Positions 38,587 through 47,819 of a stretch of DNA of 64,000 nt are shown here, in pieces. A model generated the notes under the pieces. That model was not told where the DNA came from. It was given only the letters and a program-made list of their open reading frames with translations, and did not search any database. Position 1 is the stretch's first letter. The number at the start of each line of letters is the position of its first letter. The DNA comes from Methanosuratincola petrocarbonis (GTDB lineage Archaea > Thermoproteota > Methanomethylicia > Methanomethylicales > Methanomethylicaceae), in assembly GCA_030522375.1 (NCBI GenBank), contig CP130488.1, forward strand, positions 576,569-640,568, read 5' to 3'. Both the position numbers and the translations under genes were made by a program.

Positions 38587-41286
38587 ATGAAAAATGTGTG
38601 GGAAGTTTGCGATTTTAGTGACGATATTAAGTTCGGGAGGTTTGATCCGAGCAGGTTTGCTGTTGAGCTTCATGCTGTTCTTGATGGAACGGCTGATCCT
38701 GTATATATAGATTCTAAACTTTTCCTTTCGAATACCTATCCGACATCGAACATGGCTTTCATATTGAAAGAAGCTTTGAAAAGGCTAAGTTCTAAGGGCA
38801 GTCAGCCAGTTTTCATTTTGGATACGGAGTTCGGAGGAGGAAAAACTCATACACTTCTCTTATTGTATCATGTATTTAGCAATAGAAGCATAGGCACAGA
38901 GTTCATTAGGGATTTGGGTATTGACAAGGAAATTGATGTTCTGGAAGTTCCAGAGGTAAGATTGGTGGCTATAGACTGTAGAAGCGTGAAGAGAAATACT
39001 CTTTGGGGCGAGTTAGCTGATGTTTTGGGGCATTATAAAGATTTTGAGGCTGAGGATTCTGCAAGGCAGCCTGTGCAGGATATCAGTAAATTTAAGTCTT
39101 TGCTTAAGGAGCCCACTCTGATTTTGATTGATGAGTTGCCAGATTATTTGCTTAGGGCGGCGGCTCGTGAGGTCGGAAAGGTAACACTCGCGGATCTAAC
39201 TTTGTCTTTCATAATTCACTTGATTAGCGCGGTTGCAACGAGTAAGAATTCCATGCTAATTATAACTTTGACCGGGAAGCAAAGCCTGTATGAGAGGTTT
39301 GTGAAGAGGTTTAAGGGGGAGTATCAGAGGATTCTGGACGGATTTTTGATTGAGGAGCTACATGACATAACTATTGAAGCGTCTTCTAGACAGACGAAGT
39401 TCATTGTTCCAGTAGAGAAGGACGAAGTTTCAAAGGTTATCCGAAAGCGTCTAGTGAAGAGCATAAAGGATGTGGATGAAGTCAGAAAAATAGTACGTGC
39501 ATATTGCGATTATTATCAGAATAAGGGAATATTGATAAGTCCTGGTTATGAAGAAAGGCTTGAAAATGCTTATCCGTTTCATCCGTTCCTCATTGACGTT
39601 CTTTATGAAAGAGTCTCAACCATCGAGGAGTTTAACAAGACCAGGGGCACACTTCGGTTATTGGCGATGATTTTACACAGGATTTATAGGGATAAAGTTG
39701 AATGTAAATTGGTTTCTGCCGGCGACATTCCCCTTCATGACCCTGAGATAAAGGATGAGCTTACTTCCAAGCTGGGGAAGGGTGATATGAGGCCCGTTAT
39801 CGAGGCCGACTGCATAGGCAAGGCGAAGGTTATTGACGGAAAGAGGAAAATTAAATTGGCTGAAAATATCGCTCGAACCATCTACTTATACTCGCTTATA
39901 GGGGCTGTGAAAATTTCGGGAATCAGGACGGGGGATGTGAAGCTTGCTGTTTGTCAGCCTGGAATTGACCCTGCTATTGTTGACGACATACTTAGAGAGA
40001 TGGACGAGGAATTTTGGTATTTGAAGCATGAAGCAGGCGAGTATTATTTTGATAAGGAGCCAAACATAAACAAGATAATTCACGATTACAATGGCGAGGT
40101 GAGGCCCGAAGAGGCTAGGGGAATTATCAAGAGCACTTTGGAGTCCATGCTTCCGAACGGTTCAGGTGTTAAATGCATAGTTTGGGATAAAGACAAGGTT
40201 ACCGACGAGCCTGACAGTCTTAAAATCTTTGCTCTTGATTACATGGATGTTGTCCGCTCTGATGAATTAGGCGTTCTCGAAAGCATTCTTGAAAGCAGAT
40301 CTGAGGGCGGGATTAGAAGTTATAGGAATACTGTAGTTATGCTCCTGCCTTATAAAGAGGGCGTGAATGCGTTAATGGAAAGTGCGGTATTGATCCGCGC
40401 TATTGAAAAGGCGAAAATGGACGAACGCATCAAGCTTGACAGGGATAGATTAAAGAAAATTAACGAGAAGCTTGAAGCCAGTAAGGGCCATATGGTTACG
40501 GACTGTCAAAACGTTTACTCAAAGGTGGTTTATCCTAGGATCGGCGATGGGAAACTGCAGATAGACGATTTGGGGTATGAAGAGAAAAAGAGCTTAACAG
40601 ATATGGTTTTGTCCCATCTTAGGCGTAGGGGAAAACTTGTTGACAACTTATCGGCATCAGCGATAGAGGATCTCTTGAAGGGGGATGGAGCTGGAAAAGA
40701 CAAAGTTCAGATTAAGGATATTTACACGCTTTATCGGACAGATAGACGGAAACCTTTCATACTTTGCGGCGCCGTTGTTCTTGACGCTGTTAGGAACGGT
40801 GTTAGGGAGGGCCTGTTCGGATATGCGAGGGAGCTTGTTGAGAAAGACGGTAAATACGTGGCGAAGCCTAGAGAAGAAGTATTCAGCGTGGACTGGGAAG
40901 GATGGATTATAAAACCAGATCTCGTTTACGTTGAAGAGAAAAAGGAGCGGGAAAAAGAAAAAGAAGAGGAAAGGAAACCTTGGCCTCCGCCAGAGCCCCT
41001 TTATAATTATCGTTTTGAATGTAAAAGTTTGAATGAAGCCTTGGAGCACCTGAATAAGCTTAAAGTTTTGTCTGTGGGTCGGGCCTTGGATATGCGCATT
41101 TCAATCAGTCTTATAAACGAAAGCGAAGACAAGGTCAGCATTGAAAGTAAATTGAAGAAGCTCGGGGAGCTTGAGAGTCTGCTTAATGTACTTAGGTCTA
41201 AGGGCTATTCTGGAAACGGCGAAATCACAGTAAGCTCTAAAGAGGATCTAAGCGAAGATTTGAAAAGGTATGGTTTGAGGGGTTAG
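38587..41286 (+). CDS. DUF499-type P-loop ATPase (BrxC/PglY-like, COG1483-like)
   Basis: 899 aa. Walker A TEFGGGKTHTLLLLYH and Walker B LILIDELPDY. Long alpha-helical C-terminal region. First gene of a co-directional cassette with the MTase and helicase. Confidence 0.8.
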   Translation: MKNVWEVCDFSDDIKFGRFDPSRFAVELHAVLDGTADPVYIDSKLFLSNTYPTSNMAFILKEALKRLSSKGSQPVFILDTEFGGGKTHTLLLLYHVFSNRSIGTEFIRDLGIDKEIDVLEVPEVRLVAIDCRSVKRNTLWGELADVLGHYKDFEAEDSARQPVQDISKFKSLLKEPTLILIDELPDYLLRAAAREVGKVTLADLTLSFIIHLISAVATSKNSMLIITLTGKQSLYERFVKRFKGEYQRILDGFLIEELHDITIEASSRQTKFIVPVEKDEVSKVIRKRLVKSIKDVDEVRKIVRAYCDYYQNKGILISPGYEERLENAYPFHPFLIDVLYERVSTIEEFNKTRGTLRLLAMILHRIYRDKVECKLVSAGDIPLHDPEIKDELTSKLGKGDMRPVIEADCIGKAKVIDGKRKIKLAENIARTIYLYSLIGAVKISGIRTGDVKLAVCQPGIDPAIVDDILREMDEEFWYLKHEAGEYYFDKEPNINKIIHDYNGEVRPEEARGIIKSTLESMLPNGSGVKCIVWDKDKVTDEPDSLKIFALDYMDVVRSDELGVLESILESRSEGGIRSYRNTVVMLLPYKEGVNALMESAVLIRAIEKAKMDERIKLDRDRLKKINEKLEASKGHMVTDCQNVYSKVVYPRIGDGKLQIDDLGYEEKKSLTDMVLSHLRRRGKLVDNLSASAIEDLLKGDGAGKDKVQIKDIYTLYRTDRRKPFILCGAVVLDAVRNGVREGLFGYARELVEKDGKYVAKPREEVFSVDWEGWIIKPDLVYVEEKKEREKEKEEERKPWPPPEPLYNYRFECKSLNEALEHLNKLKVLSVGRALDMRISISLINESEDKVSIESKLKKLGELESLLNVLRSKGYSGNGEITVSSKEDLSEDLKRYGLRG

Positions 41287-41290
41287 CAGT

Positions 41291-41644
41291 TTGAGGTCTG
41301 TGAAATACCGCCTTGAAGAAAGCGGGAGTGGAAAAACCGCGTGTCTGCAGGCGGTAATAGAGGATAGGTTTGGACGTAAAAAAGTCAGTCTTTCTAGGCT
41401 TAGAGGGTGGCGAAAAGAAATAGCGGAGGAGCATTTAAAGCTTGAAAGCGGAAAATGGGACGATGATGCCGCAAAAACTCTTGTGAGTTTAGAAGCCTTA
41501 AAATGCGCAAGAAGCCTGGATGAAGCCTTAAAGTTTTTGCAGGCTGTAAATAGCTTAAGCCAGCTTGATCTTCATTTCTGGGCAACTAAATTCTTGAACG
41601 ATGATAAAAAACCCAGAAGGGCTTGGAGGATGCTTTATGGATAA
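41291..41644 (+). CDS. Small hypothetical protein between the ATPase and methyltransferase
   Basis: 117 aa. Starts 5 nt after the ATPase stop and its stop overlaps the MTase start, so it is translationally coupled. No recognisable family. Confidence 0.45.
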   Translation: MRSVKYRLEESGSGKTACLQAVIEDRFGRKKVSLSRLRGWRKEIAEEHLKLESGKWDDDAAKTLVSLEALKCARSLDEALKFLQAVNSLSQLDLHFWATKFLNDDKKPRRAWRMLYG

Positions 41645-44231
41645 AACATTGATGGACAACAAGAGCGTCGAACACCTAAAACTGTTTGCGGATGTTAGCG
41701 AGGAGGCTAGGAAGGAAAAACTTGGCAGGCCGCCTATAAGTGAAATGATTTATTGGTGGACGAGAAAGCCGCTTATTGTTGGAAGGACTGTAACACTTCT
41801 TTCGTTGCTTCCTGAAAACACCAATCTGGCTGATGTTAAGCCTTTGCTGGGGCTCGGTAGGGAAAAAAGAGCTTTCAATTATGCGCCAAAGCTTGAGTCT
41901 ATAAAGAAGAATGCGGGCAAGCCACTAGACTCGTTAACCGTGTTTGATCCTTTTGCTGGAGCTGGCAACCTTCTATTTGAGGCGGCCCGTTTGGGGCCTA
42001 ACTGCACAGCTATGGACTATAATCCTGTTGCACACATTATATTGAAGGCTACGTTGGAATACCCGGCTGTTTATGGCGAAAGGCTTGCAGAGGACGTTGA
42101 GCGATATGGCAAATTGGTAATAGAGCGGGCGAAGAAAGAGGTCGGCAAGTTCTACTATAGAAAGAACGGTCGCCAAACCTTGCATTATTTGTGGTGTTGG
42201 TGTATAAAATGCCCTTATTGCGGTCAAAGAGTGCCCCTAACGAATCAAATGTGGCTTGATAAAAAAAGGAAAACAGGCTATAGGATTAAGCCTACGAAAG
42301 ACAACGACTTTGAGATAGAAGTTGGAATGGTAAGTGATAAAGAAGGCTCGAAGTACACCCAGAAAGACGGGGAAGCCACCTGCATAAAATGCAAAAACGC
42401 AATAAGTTATCAGCACATGACCAAAGACATTGCTGAGAGAAGAGACAAACAAATGATAGCAGTCGTAGTCAAGGCACAGAAAGGAAAAGACTATGAACCG
42501 TTCACGATGGAGGATATAGAATTATTCAATAAAGCAACGGCAGAGCTGAAGGACCAATGGGCAAATCTAATAAGCCAAGACCTAATCCCGCAAGAGGAAC
42601 TCAAAGAATCAGAATTATTCCGTGTAACTAATTATGGCTTGAAAAAGTGGTTTGAGTTTTTCAACGAGAGACAATTGCTTTTGATGTCCACGCTTTTGCG
42701 CATCATCCGCGATGTCTGCTCGGAAATAGTGGACAAAGAATACAGAAAGGCTATAGCCACTTACTTGGGGCTGATGATGTGCAAGCATGTTGATCACAAT
42801 TGTATTGGTGTGAGATGGGACCCAACAAAACAGATAACTTGTGATTCCCTATCTATGAGAAGTCCCCGTATTATCTACAATTTCGCTGAAACCAACCCGT
42901 TTGAGAAGACTAGCGGTTCATTTCACAGTGTATTACGGAATGTTGTTGATGCGGTAAGTTTTGCGGCGTTGAATAAGACGCCTGCTAAGGTTTTGCGCGG
43001 TTCTGCAGTAAATATGGCTGTATCAAACAAATTTGACTTAGTTTTAACTGACCCGCCATATATGGAGGATGTCGCTTATGCGGAGTTGAGCGAATTTTTC
43101 TATGTGTGGCTCACTAGAGTTCTCAGAGACTATTATCCTGAGTTGCCATCAACAGTTCCAAGCGATGAAGATCTTGTTTTAAGCAAGGGTAGGTTCGGCG
43201 GAAACGAAAAACTTGCTTTAGAGTTTTATAAGAAAGGCATGACTTTAGCCTTCCAAAACATCTACAAGTCCCTTAAAGATGACGGGCTTTTGGTGGTCTT
43301 CTTTGCCCATTCAAGTACCGAGGCCTGGGATCTTCTCTTAGAGGTTTTAAGGGGATCCAGGTTTAGGGTGGTTTCCAGCTATGCCGTGCACACGGAAAGC
43401 ACAGAAAATCCTTTGGCAAGAGGCAAGACTTCCTTCATGAGTTCCATAGTGCTTTCATGCAGGAAGATACTTGAGGATAAAGAGGCTTATTTTGAAAGCC
43501 TCATGCCCAGAGTTGAGGAAGAGATAAAAGAGTTAATTGAAGGTTTAAGCGACGAGGATCTGCTCAGCCTTCCCATAACCGACCTCCTTATAATGGCCTA
43601 CGGTAAAGTGCTTGAAGAATTAACACAATACTCCCAAATCAAAAGCTACAGGGCTGATTTCAAGGCTAAATTTGAAGATTTGATAGGCGAAGCCAGAGAC
43701 TTCATCTTCAGAGAAGTCGTAAGAAAGCTAACTGGAAGATCGCTTAACATTTTAGGACCCGAAGCCTCATTCGCACTTATAACAAAAATCTTTTACAGAA
43801 GCTCAATCCCTAGTGATGAAGCCCTAAAAGTTGTTAGAGCGTATGGGCTGACCGTCGACGCCCTAGTGAAAAAGGGCTACGCCAAAAAAATCAGCGGCGG
43901 AATAGAAATAACGCCCTTCACAGAAGTCCCCTTAGACATCAGCCCCGAAGAAGTGGAAAGAAACAACCTCTACCAACAACTCCTCTACCTATTAAAAACA
44001 GCCAACGAGAAAGGGGCGCCGGCCATCAAACAGCTGCTGTCATCCTACGGCAACTTCGGGCTTCAAGAACTCCAATACATCATAAACCTACTGACAAAAC
44101 ATTATAGACTGCTCATTAACAAAGGCGAAGAACTTAGAGACAGCGAAAAAATCGAACTCCAAGTTTTAGATTCTATATCAGATGTTATAGGCCAGCCAAT
44201 GCAAAGAAGGACCCTCGACAGCTTCACTTAA
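41637..44231 (+). CDS. DUF1156-type N6-adenine/N4-cytosine DNA methyltransferase with an internal zinc ribbon (COG1743-like, PglX-like role)
   Basis: SAM motif I VFDPFAGAGNL and catalytic motif IV LVLTDPPYMEDVAY (DPPY). A CxxC...CxxC zinc ribbon (CIKCPYCGQ...CIKCKNA) lies between them. Long C-terminal domain. The ORF track starts at 41601; the in-frame ATG at 41637 overlaps the upstream stop. Confidence 0.85.
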   Translation: MDKTLMDNKSVEHLKLFADVSEEARKEKLGRPPISEMIYWWTRKPLIVGRTVTLLSLLPENTNLADVKPLLGLGREKRAFNYAPKLESIKKNAGKPLDSLTVFDPFAGAGNLLFEAARLGPNCTAMDYNPVAHIILKATLEYPAVYGERLAEDVERYGKLVIERAKKEVGKFYYRKNGRQTLHYLWCWCIKCPYCGQRVPLTNQMWLDKKRKTGYRIKPTKDNDFEIEVGMVSDKEGSKYTQKDGEATCIKCKNAISYQHMTKDIAERRDKQMIAVVVKAQKGKDYEPFTMEDIELFNKATAELKDQWANLISQDLIPQEELKESELFRVTNYGLKKWFEFFNERQLLLMSTLLRIIRDVCSEIVDKEYRKAIATYLGLMMCKHVDHNCIGVRWDPTKQITCDSLSMRSPRIIYNFAETNPFEKTSGSFHSVLRNVVDAVSFAALNKTPAKVLRGSAVNMAVSNKFDLVLTDPPYMEDVAYAELSEFFYVWLTRVLRDYYPELPSTVPSDEDLVLSKGRFGGNEKLALEFYKKGMTLAFQNIYKSLKDDGLLVVFFAHSSTEAWDLLLEVLRGSRFRVVSSYAVHTESTENPLARGKTSFMSSIVLSCRKILEDKEAYFESLMPRVEEEIKELIEGLSDEDLLSLPITDLLIMAYGKVLEELTQYSQIKSYRADFKAKFEDLIGEARDFIFREVVRKLTGRSLNILGPEASFALITKIFYRSSIPSDEALKVVRAYGLTVDALVKKGYAKKISGGIEITPFTEVPLDISPEEVERNNLYQQLLYLLKTANEKGAPAIKQLLSSYGNFGLQELQYIINLLTKHYRLLINKGEELRDSEKIELQVLDSISDVIGQPMQRRTLDSFT

Positions 44232-44243
44232 AGGGAAAGCGCT

Positions 44244-47200
44244 ATGATTCAGATAGGCTCAAGGGTTAAAATAAGAGGAAAAAACGAAACTGGAGCAGTT
44301 CTAGAGCTTAGGGGAAACTTCGCTCGAGTTTTAACGCTCACAGCCGACACGTGGCATCCAATCGAAGAATTAGAAGAAGACCTCTCTTTAATAGACCGCA
44401 TAATTACTGTAAATCTGGACGATGGATTAGACTTCATCCTGTCAATGGACGCCTACAGGCTGCTCTCAGAATACAAATTCAACCCCTACGTTCTAGCCTC
44501 ATCAACAAAAATCAGGATCTTTCCCCACCAGATAGACGAAGTCACAAGAATCCTTGACATGCCAAGGATGATGATCGCTGACGAGGTCGGTCTAGGCAAA
44601 ACAATAACCGCTGCGTTGGTCGCAAATGAACTCAAAGCCAGAGGGTTAGCAAACAAGCTACTATTTGTTGTGCCAAAGGCTCTGCTCTACAAGTGGCGCG
44701 ATGAATTAAACAACAGATTTGAAATGACTGCAGAAATCCTAGACTCCACCTATGTAAAAATACACGGGCCCCCTCTAGGCAAAAGGGAGTTCTGCTACAT
44801 CTCATCTATGGACTATCTAAAACAGAGCCATGTTATAAAAATGATTGAAGACGCAGAATTCGACATAACCGTAATCGACGAAGCCCACAAACTAGCGCTA
44901 AATACTGACAGACTAAAACTGGGCGAATGCCTAGCTCCAAGAACTAATCACATGCTTTTCCTGACGGCGACGCCCCACAACGGCGATAATGAGGACTATC
45001 TTAATAGAATCAAACTTTTAGACCCCTACATAACGGATGTGCAATCCGCCTCTCACATTCTAATTAGGAACCTAAAAGAGGATGTAGTAGACCTTGAAGG
45101 GAAAGAAGTCTTCCCTCCTAGGCAAAGCAAAACCGTATCTATCCCCATAAGCGAGGAAGAAACAAAACTTCACAGAATGGTGGATGAATATATCTCAAGA
45201 CGTATAGACGAAGCCCGGGATCGACAGGAATACAACGCAATGAGGTTTTTAGGGGGCATAATTCGCAAAAGAGCGTCGTCATCCCTAAAAGCCCTCAAAC
45301 TGACATTGGAAAGAAGACTAACAAGGCTAGGACAGGCTGTGAACGCAGAACAGGCCATAAAAAGAATGAAGGAGGCTGAAGAAGAGTTCGACGAGGAACA
45401 ATATGAGGAAAGCGAACAAGAGGTCGTAGGGATTTCGGGCTACTCCATAGAAGAAGATCGCAAAGAACTTGCAGAGTTGTTAGCTGAACTTGAAAAGATC
45501 CATGAAGATTCTAAAATAAAACATTTGATGAGCTTCATAGATACGATAAAGAAAGGCGATAAAACGACAAAAATAGTGATTTTTAGCGAATATAGAGACA
45601 CCGTAGACTACCTTTTCGAAAACCTGGCCAACAAGTATAGACTCGCGAAAATATACGGAGTCATGAACGTCGATGAGCGACATAATGCTTTGGCCAATTT
45701 TAGGGATCCAAATGGTGCGGAAATAATGGTCTGTACTGACGCGGCTGGTGAGGGCATAGACATGCAATTCGCCAACATAATGATAAACTACGACCTTCCA
45801 TGGAACCCAAACAGGCTCGAGCAAAGAATGGGGAGGATACATAGAATAGGTCAGACAAGACCTGTATACTATTACAACTTTATATTGTCGGGCACTATTG
45901 ACGGATACATTTTAAGTAAACTGTTAGAAAAAATCGAAGCAATAAAAGAAGCCATAGGCGACAAAGTCTACGATGTCGTTGGAAAACTTCTTTCAGAGGA
46001 AGGCATTTCAAGCCTATACGAAGAATTTTTGAAAGTACCTAAGGAGCTTTGGGAGGCCAAAGTCAAGAGGGTTGACGATATAATTGAGGAACGCAGGCGA
46101 ATATTGAATGAAATCAACGCCCTCCTCTCTGGACACAGGCTTGATAGAAGCAAACTTGAAGAAATCAAAAAAGTAAGACTCGAAGCCGTCGAAAAAGGTG
46201 AAGTTAAACGCTTCATAGAGGTCTACCTGGGAACTAAAGGAGGGAAAATAGAGCCCGTAAGAGAAGAAGACGAAGTTTACAGGCTAATGCTTCCGGCAAA
46301 GCTTGCACACAATCTTAACTACGGAACATTGGTCGGCAGCTTTTCAAATACAGTTGCAGAACAGAAAAACTATCCATACCTAGCTCTAGGAAACAAATGC
46401 ATAATGAGTATGATTTTGGACGCTATGAAGCCATCCGTCTCAATCTTTAAGCACGAAACATTAAGCGGAATACTTTACATTTATCGCGTCATATTGAAAG
46501 ATGGAAAGGGACAAGAAAGAAACGGAAAAATAATAGTTCTTCATTACTCCGAGGGAAAAATAAGGGAAATAGATCCAAGGAGCATATGGGATCTCGAACC
46601 TGTCGTCGGGGAAGAGCCTGAAATAGACACTAAAAACATTATTGAAGGCAAAAATTCAGCGGATCAGGCTCTACTCAAAATCGTATCCGACCTCAAAAAT
46701 GAAACCTCAGCAAAAATCGAGGAAATAAAGAACAAAACAAGAGACATAATCATAGCGTACTACTCAAGAAGAGTTGAGGAAAGTCGCAGAAAGATCGAGG
46801 ATTACCAGAATAGACTACAAGAGAGCCCCCACTACTCCAAGCTAATAAATAAAGAAGAGAGCACAATAAACTCGCTAAAACTAGAACTTGACTCAAATCT
46901 AACAGAAATATCCTCAGTATTTAATATTTACACCCTCTACGAGCTTATAGGCACGGCCATAATCATAGGAAAGCCAGGCGCAGACATCAAGAAGAAAGTG
47001 GAAAACGCAGGAGTTCAGGCAGTCATAAAATACGAAATGGAAAGGGCCAAAACAGAAGAGGAAAGAAACAGAATCAGAGATGTCTCTGACCAATATAAGG
47101 GATACGATGTAGAATCTTTTGACAGAGTGATTGAAGTCAAATCCTTTAGCACAACAGGATCAGTAGAAATGACAAGCAATGAATGGGAAACGGCTAACAG

Positions 47201-47366
47201 AATTAAAGAAGCATACTGGCTTTACACCGTGGAAAACGCCTTAGACAATCCTATAGTTTACCCAATACAAAACCCAACAGTAAAATTCAAGGATCTAGTA
47301 GAAAAAATTCCCATAATAGACTATAGATATAGAATTGACAAATGGAAAACCGCATCAACAAAATAG
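44244..47366 (+). CDS. SNF2-family helicase with a C-terminal DUF3883-like PD-(D/E)xK nuclease-like domain
   Basis: Motif I DEVGLGKTITA, motif II DEAHKL, motif III LFLTATPHNG, motif V VCTDAAGEGIDMQ, motif VI RMGRIHRIGQTR. C-terminal GYDVESFDRVIEVKSF matches the DUF3883-like restriction-endonuclease fold. 1040 aa. Confidence 0.85.
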   Translation: MIQIGSRVKIRGKNETGAVLELRGNFARVLTLTADTWHPIEELEEDLSLIDRIITVNLDDGLDFILSMDAYRLLSEYKFNPYVLASSTKIRIFPHQIDEVTRILDMPRMMIADEVGLGKTITAALVANELKARGLANKLLFVVPKALLYKWRDELNNRFEMTAEILDSTYVKIHGPPLGKREFCYISSMDYLKQSHVIKMIEDAEFDITVIDEAHKLALNTDRLKLGECLAPRTNHMLFLTATPHNGDNEDYLNRIKLLDPYITDVQSASHILIRNLKEDVVDLEGKEVFPPRQSKTVSIPISEEETKLHRMVDEYISRRIDEARDRQEYNAMRFLGGIIRKRASSSLKALKLTLERRLTRLGQAVNAEQAIKRMKEAEEEFDEEQYEESEQEVVGISGYSIEEDRKELAELLAELEKIHEDSKIKHLMSFIDTIKKGDKTTKIVIFSEYRDTVDYLFENLANKYRLAKIYGVMNVDERHNALANFRDPNGAEIMVCTDAAGEGIDMQFANIMINYDLPWNPNRLEQRMGRIHRIGQTRPVYYYNFILSGTIDGYILSKLLEKIEAIKEAIGDKVYDVVGKLLSEEGISSLYEEFLKVPKELWEAKVKRVDDIIEERRRILNEINALLSGHRLDRSKLEEIKKVRLEAVEKGEVKRFIEVYLGTKGGKIEPVREEDEVYRLMLPAKLAHNLNYGTLVGSFSNTVAEQKNYPYLALGNKCIMSMILDAMKPSVSIFKHETLSGILYIYRVILKDGKGQERNGKIIVLHYSEGKIREIDPRSIWDLEPVVGEEPEIDTKNIIEGKNSADQALLKIVSDLKNETSAKIEEIKNKTRDIIIAYYSRRVEESRRKIEDYQNRLQESPHYSKLINKEESTINSLKLELDSNLTEISSVFNIYTLYELIGTAIIIGKPGADIKKKVENAGVQAVIKYEMERAKTEEERNRIRDVSDQYKGYDVESFDRVIEVKSFSTTGSVEMTSNEWETANRIKEAYWLYTVENALDNPIVYPIQNPTVKFKDLVEKIPIIDYRYRIDKWKTASTK

Positions 47367-47819
47367 CATCCGCAGAAATTAATAGCCACTAATAGTCGAT
47401 GATTTTAAAAATTCAATACCATCTCGACCTCCAGCTTCTCAGAAACTTTCCTTCACGAAACTTTTTGAAGCCAGGTCATAGGTGTAGCACATGCTCCGAC
47501 CCTCGCCGTAGCTGGTTATATTGAACGACGCCCCCCTGAGGAGGTTTGGTTCCGGACTAGCAAGGCGCAGTGTAAGCGCCCAGAGGCACTATGTGTAAAT
47601 TCGGATTCATGGGTGCACTTGCACTAAACATAGATTGTGATCCAGATCCTGCATTTTTTGCTGCAGATGGCCTTGAAAGTGATGGGATCTCGACTTCTTG
47701 ATTGGATCGAGAATATAAAGGAGATAGTCTCGGTCGTCACTAACATGGGTTGGCAGAAGGCGTGCCCACAGAATAGTAAATATATACCCAACAGCAATTA
47801 TTTGCAGAGGGTCGGTATA

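Larger units (their letters stand above)
34550..47640. other. AT-rich, horizontally acquired genomic island (putative defence island) within the GC-rich host backbone
   Basis: Abrupt GC drop after lutB. Archaeal TATA-like promoters precede the island genes. Contents are defence-type (ATPase/MTase/helicase cassette, GIY-YIG), with gene fragments and a pseudogenised host-like surface-protein C-terminus at the left end. No integrase lies within it. Confidence 0.6.

Noticed and set aside
40657-41049. 130-aa minus-strand ORF inside the DUF499 ATPase gene
   Set aside because: It is antisense within a well-supported large CDS. The hydrophobic, Phe-rich translation is typical of an AT-rich antisense frame.
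47480-47590. Possible tRNA or att remnant at the right island border (gccgtagctggttat…ggttccggactagcaagg)
   Set aside because: I could not fold a cloverleaf by hand. No T-loop consensus or 7-bp acceptor pairing is present on either strand. tRNAscan-SE should be run to be sure.
47637-47819. N-terminal 61 codons of the DUF47/PhoU-like ORF
   Set aside because: It is a lower-GC, promoter-like region with an AAATATATA box. DUF47 proteins are typically ~220 aa, which is consistent with the ATG at 47820.
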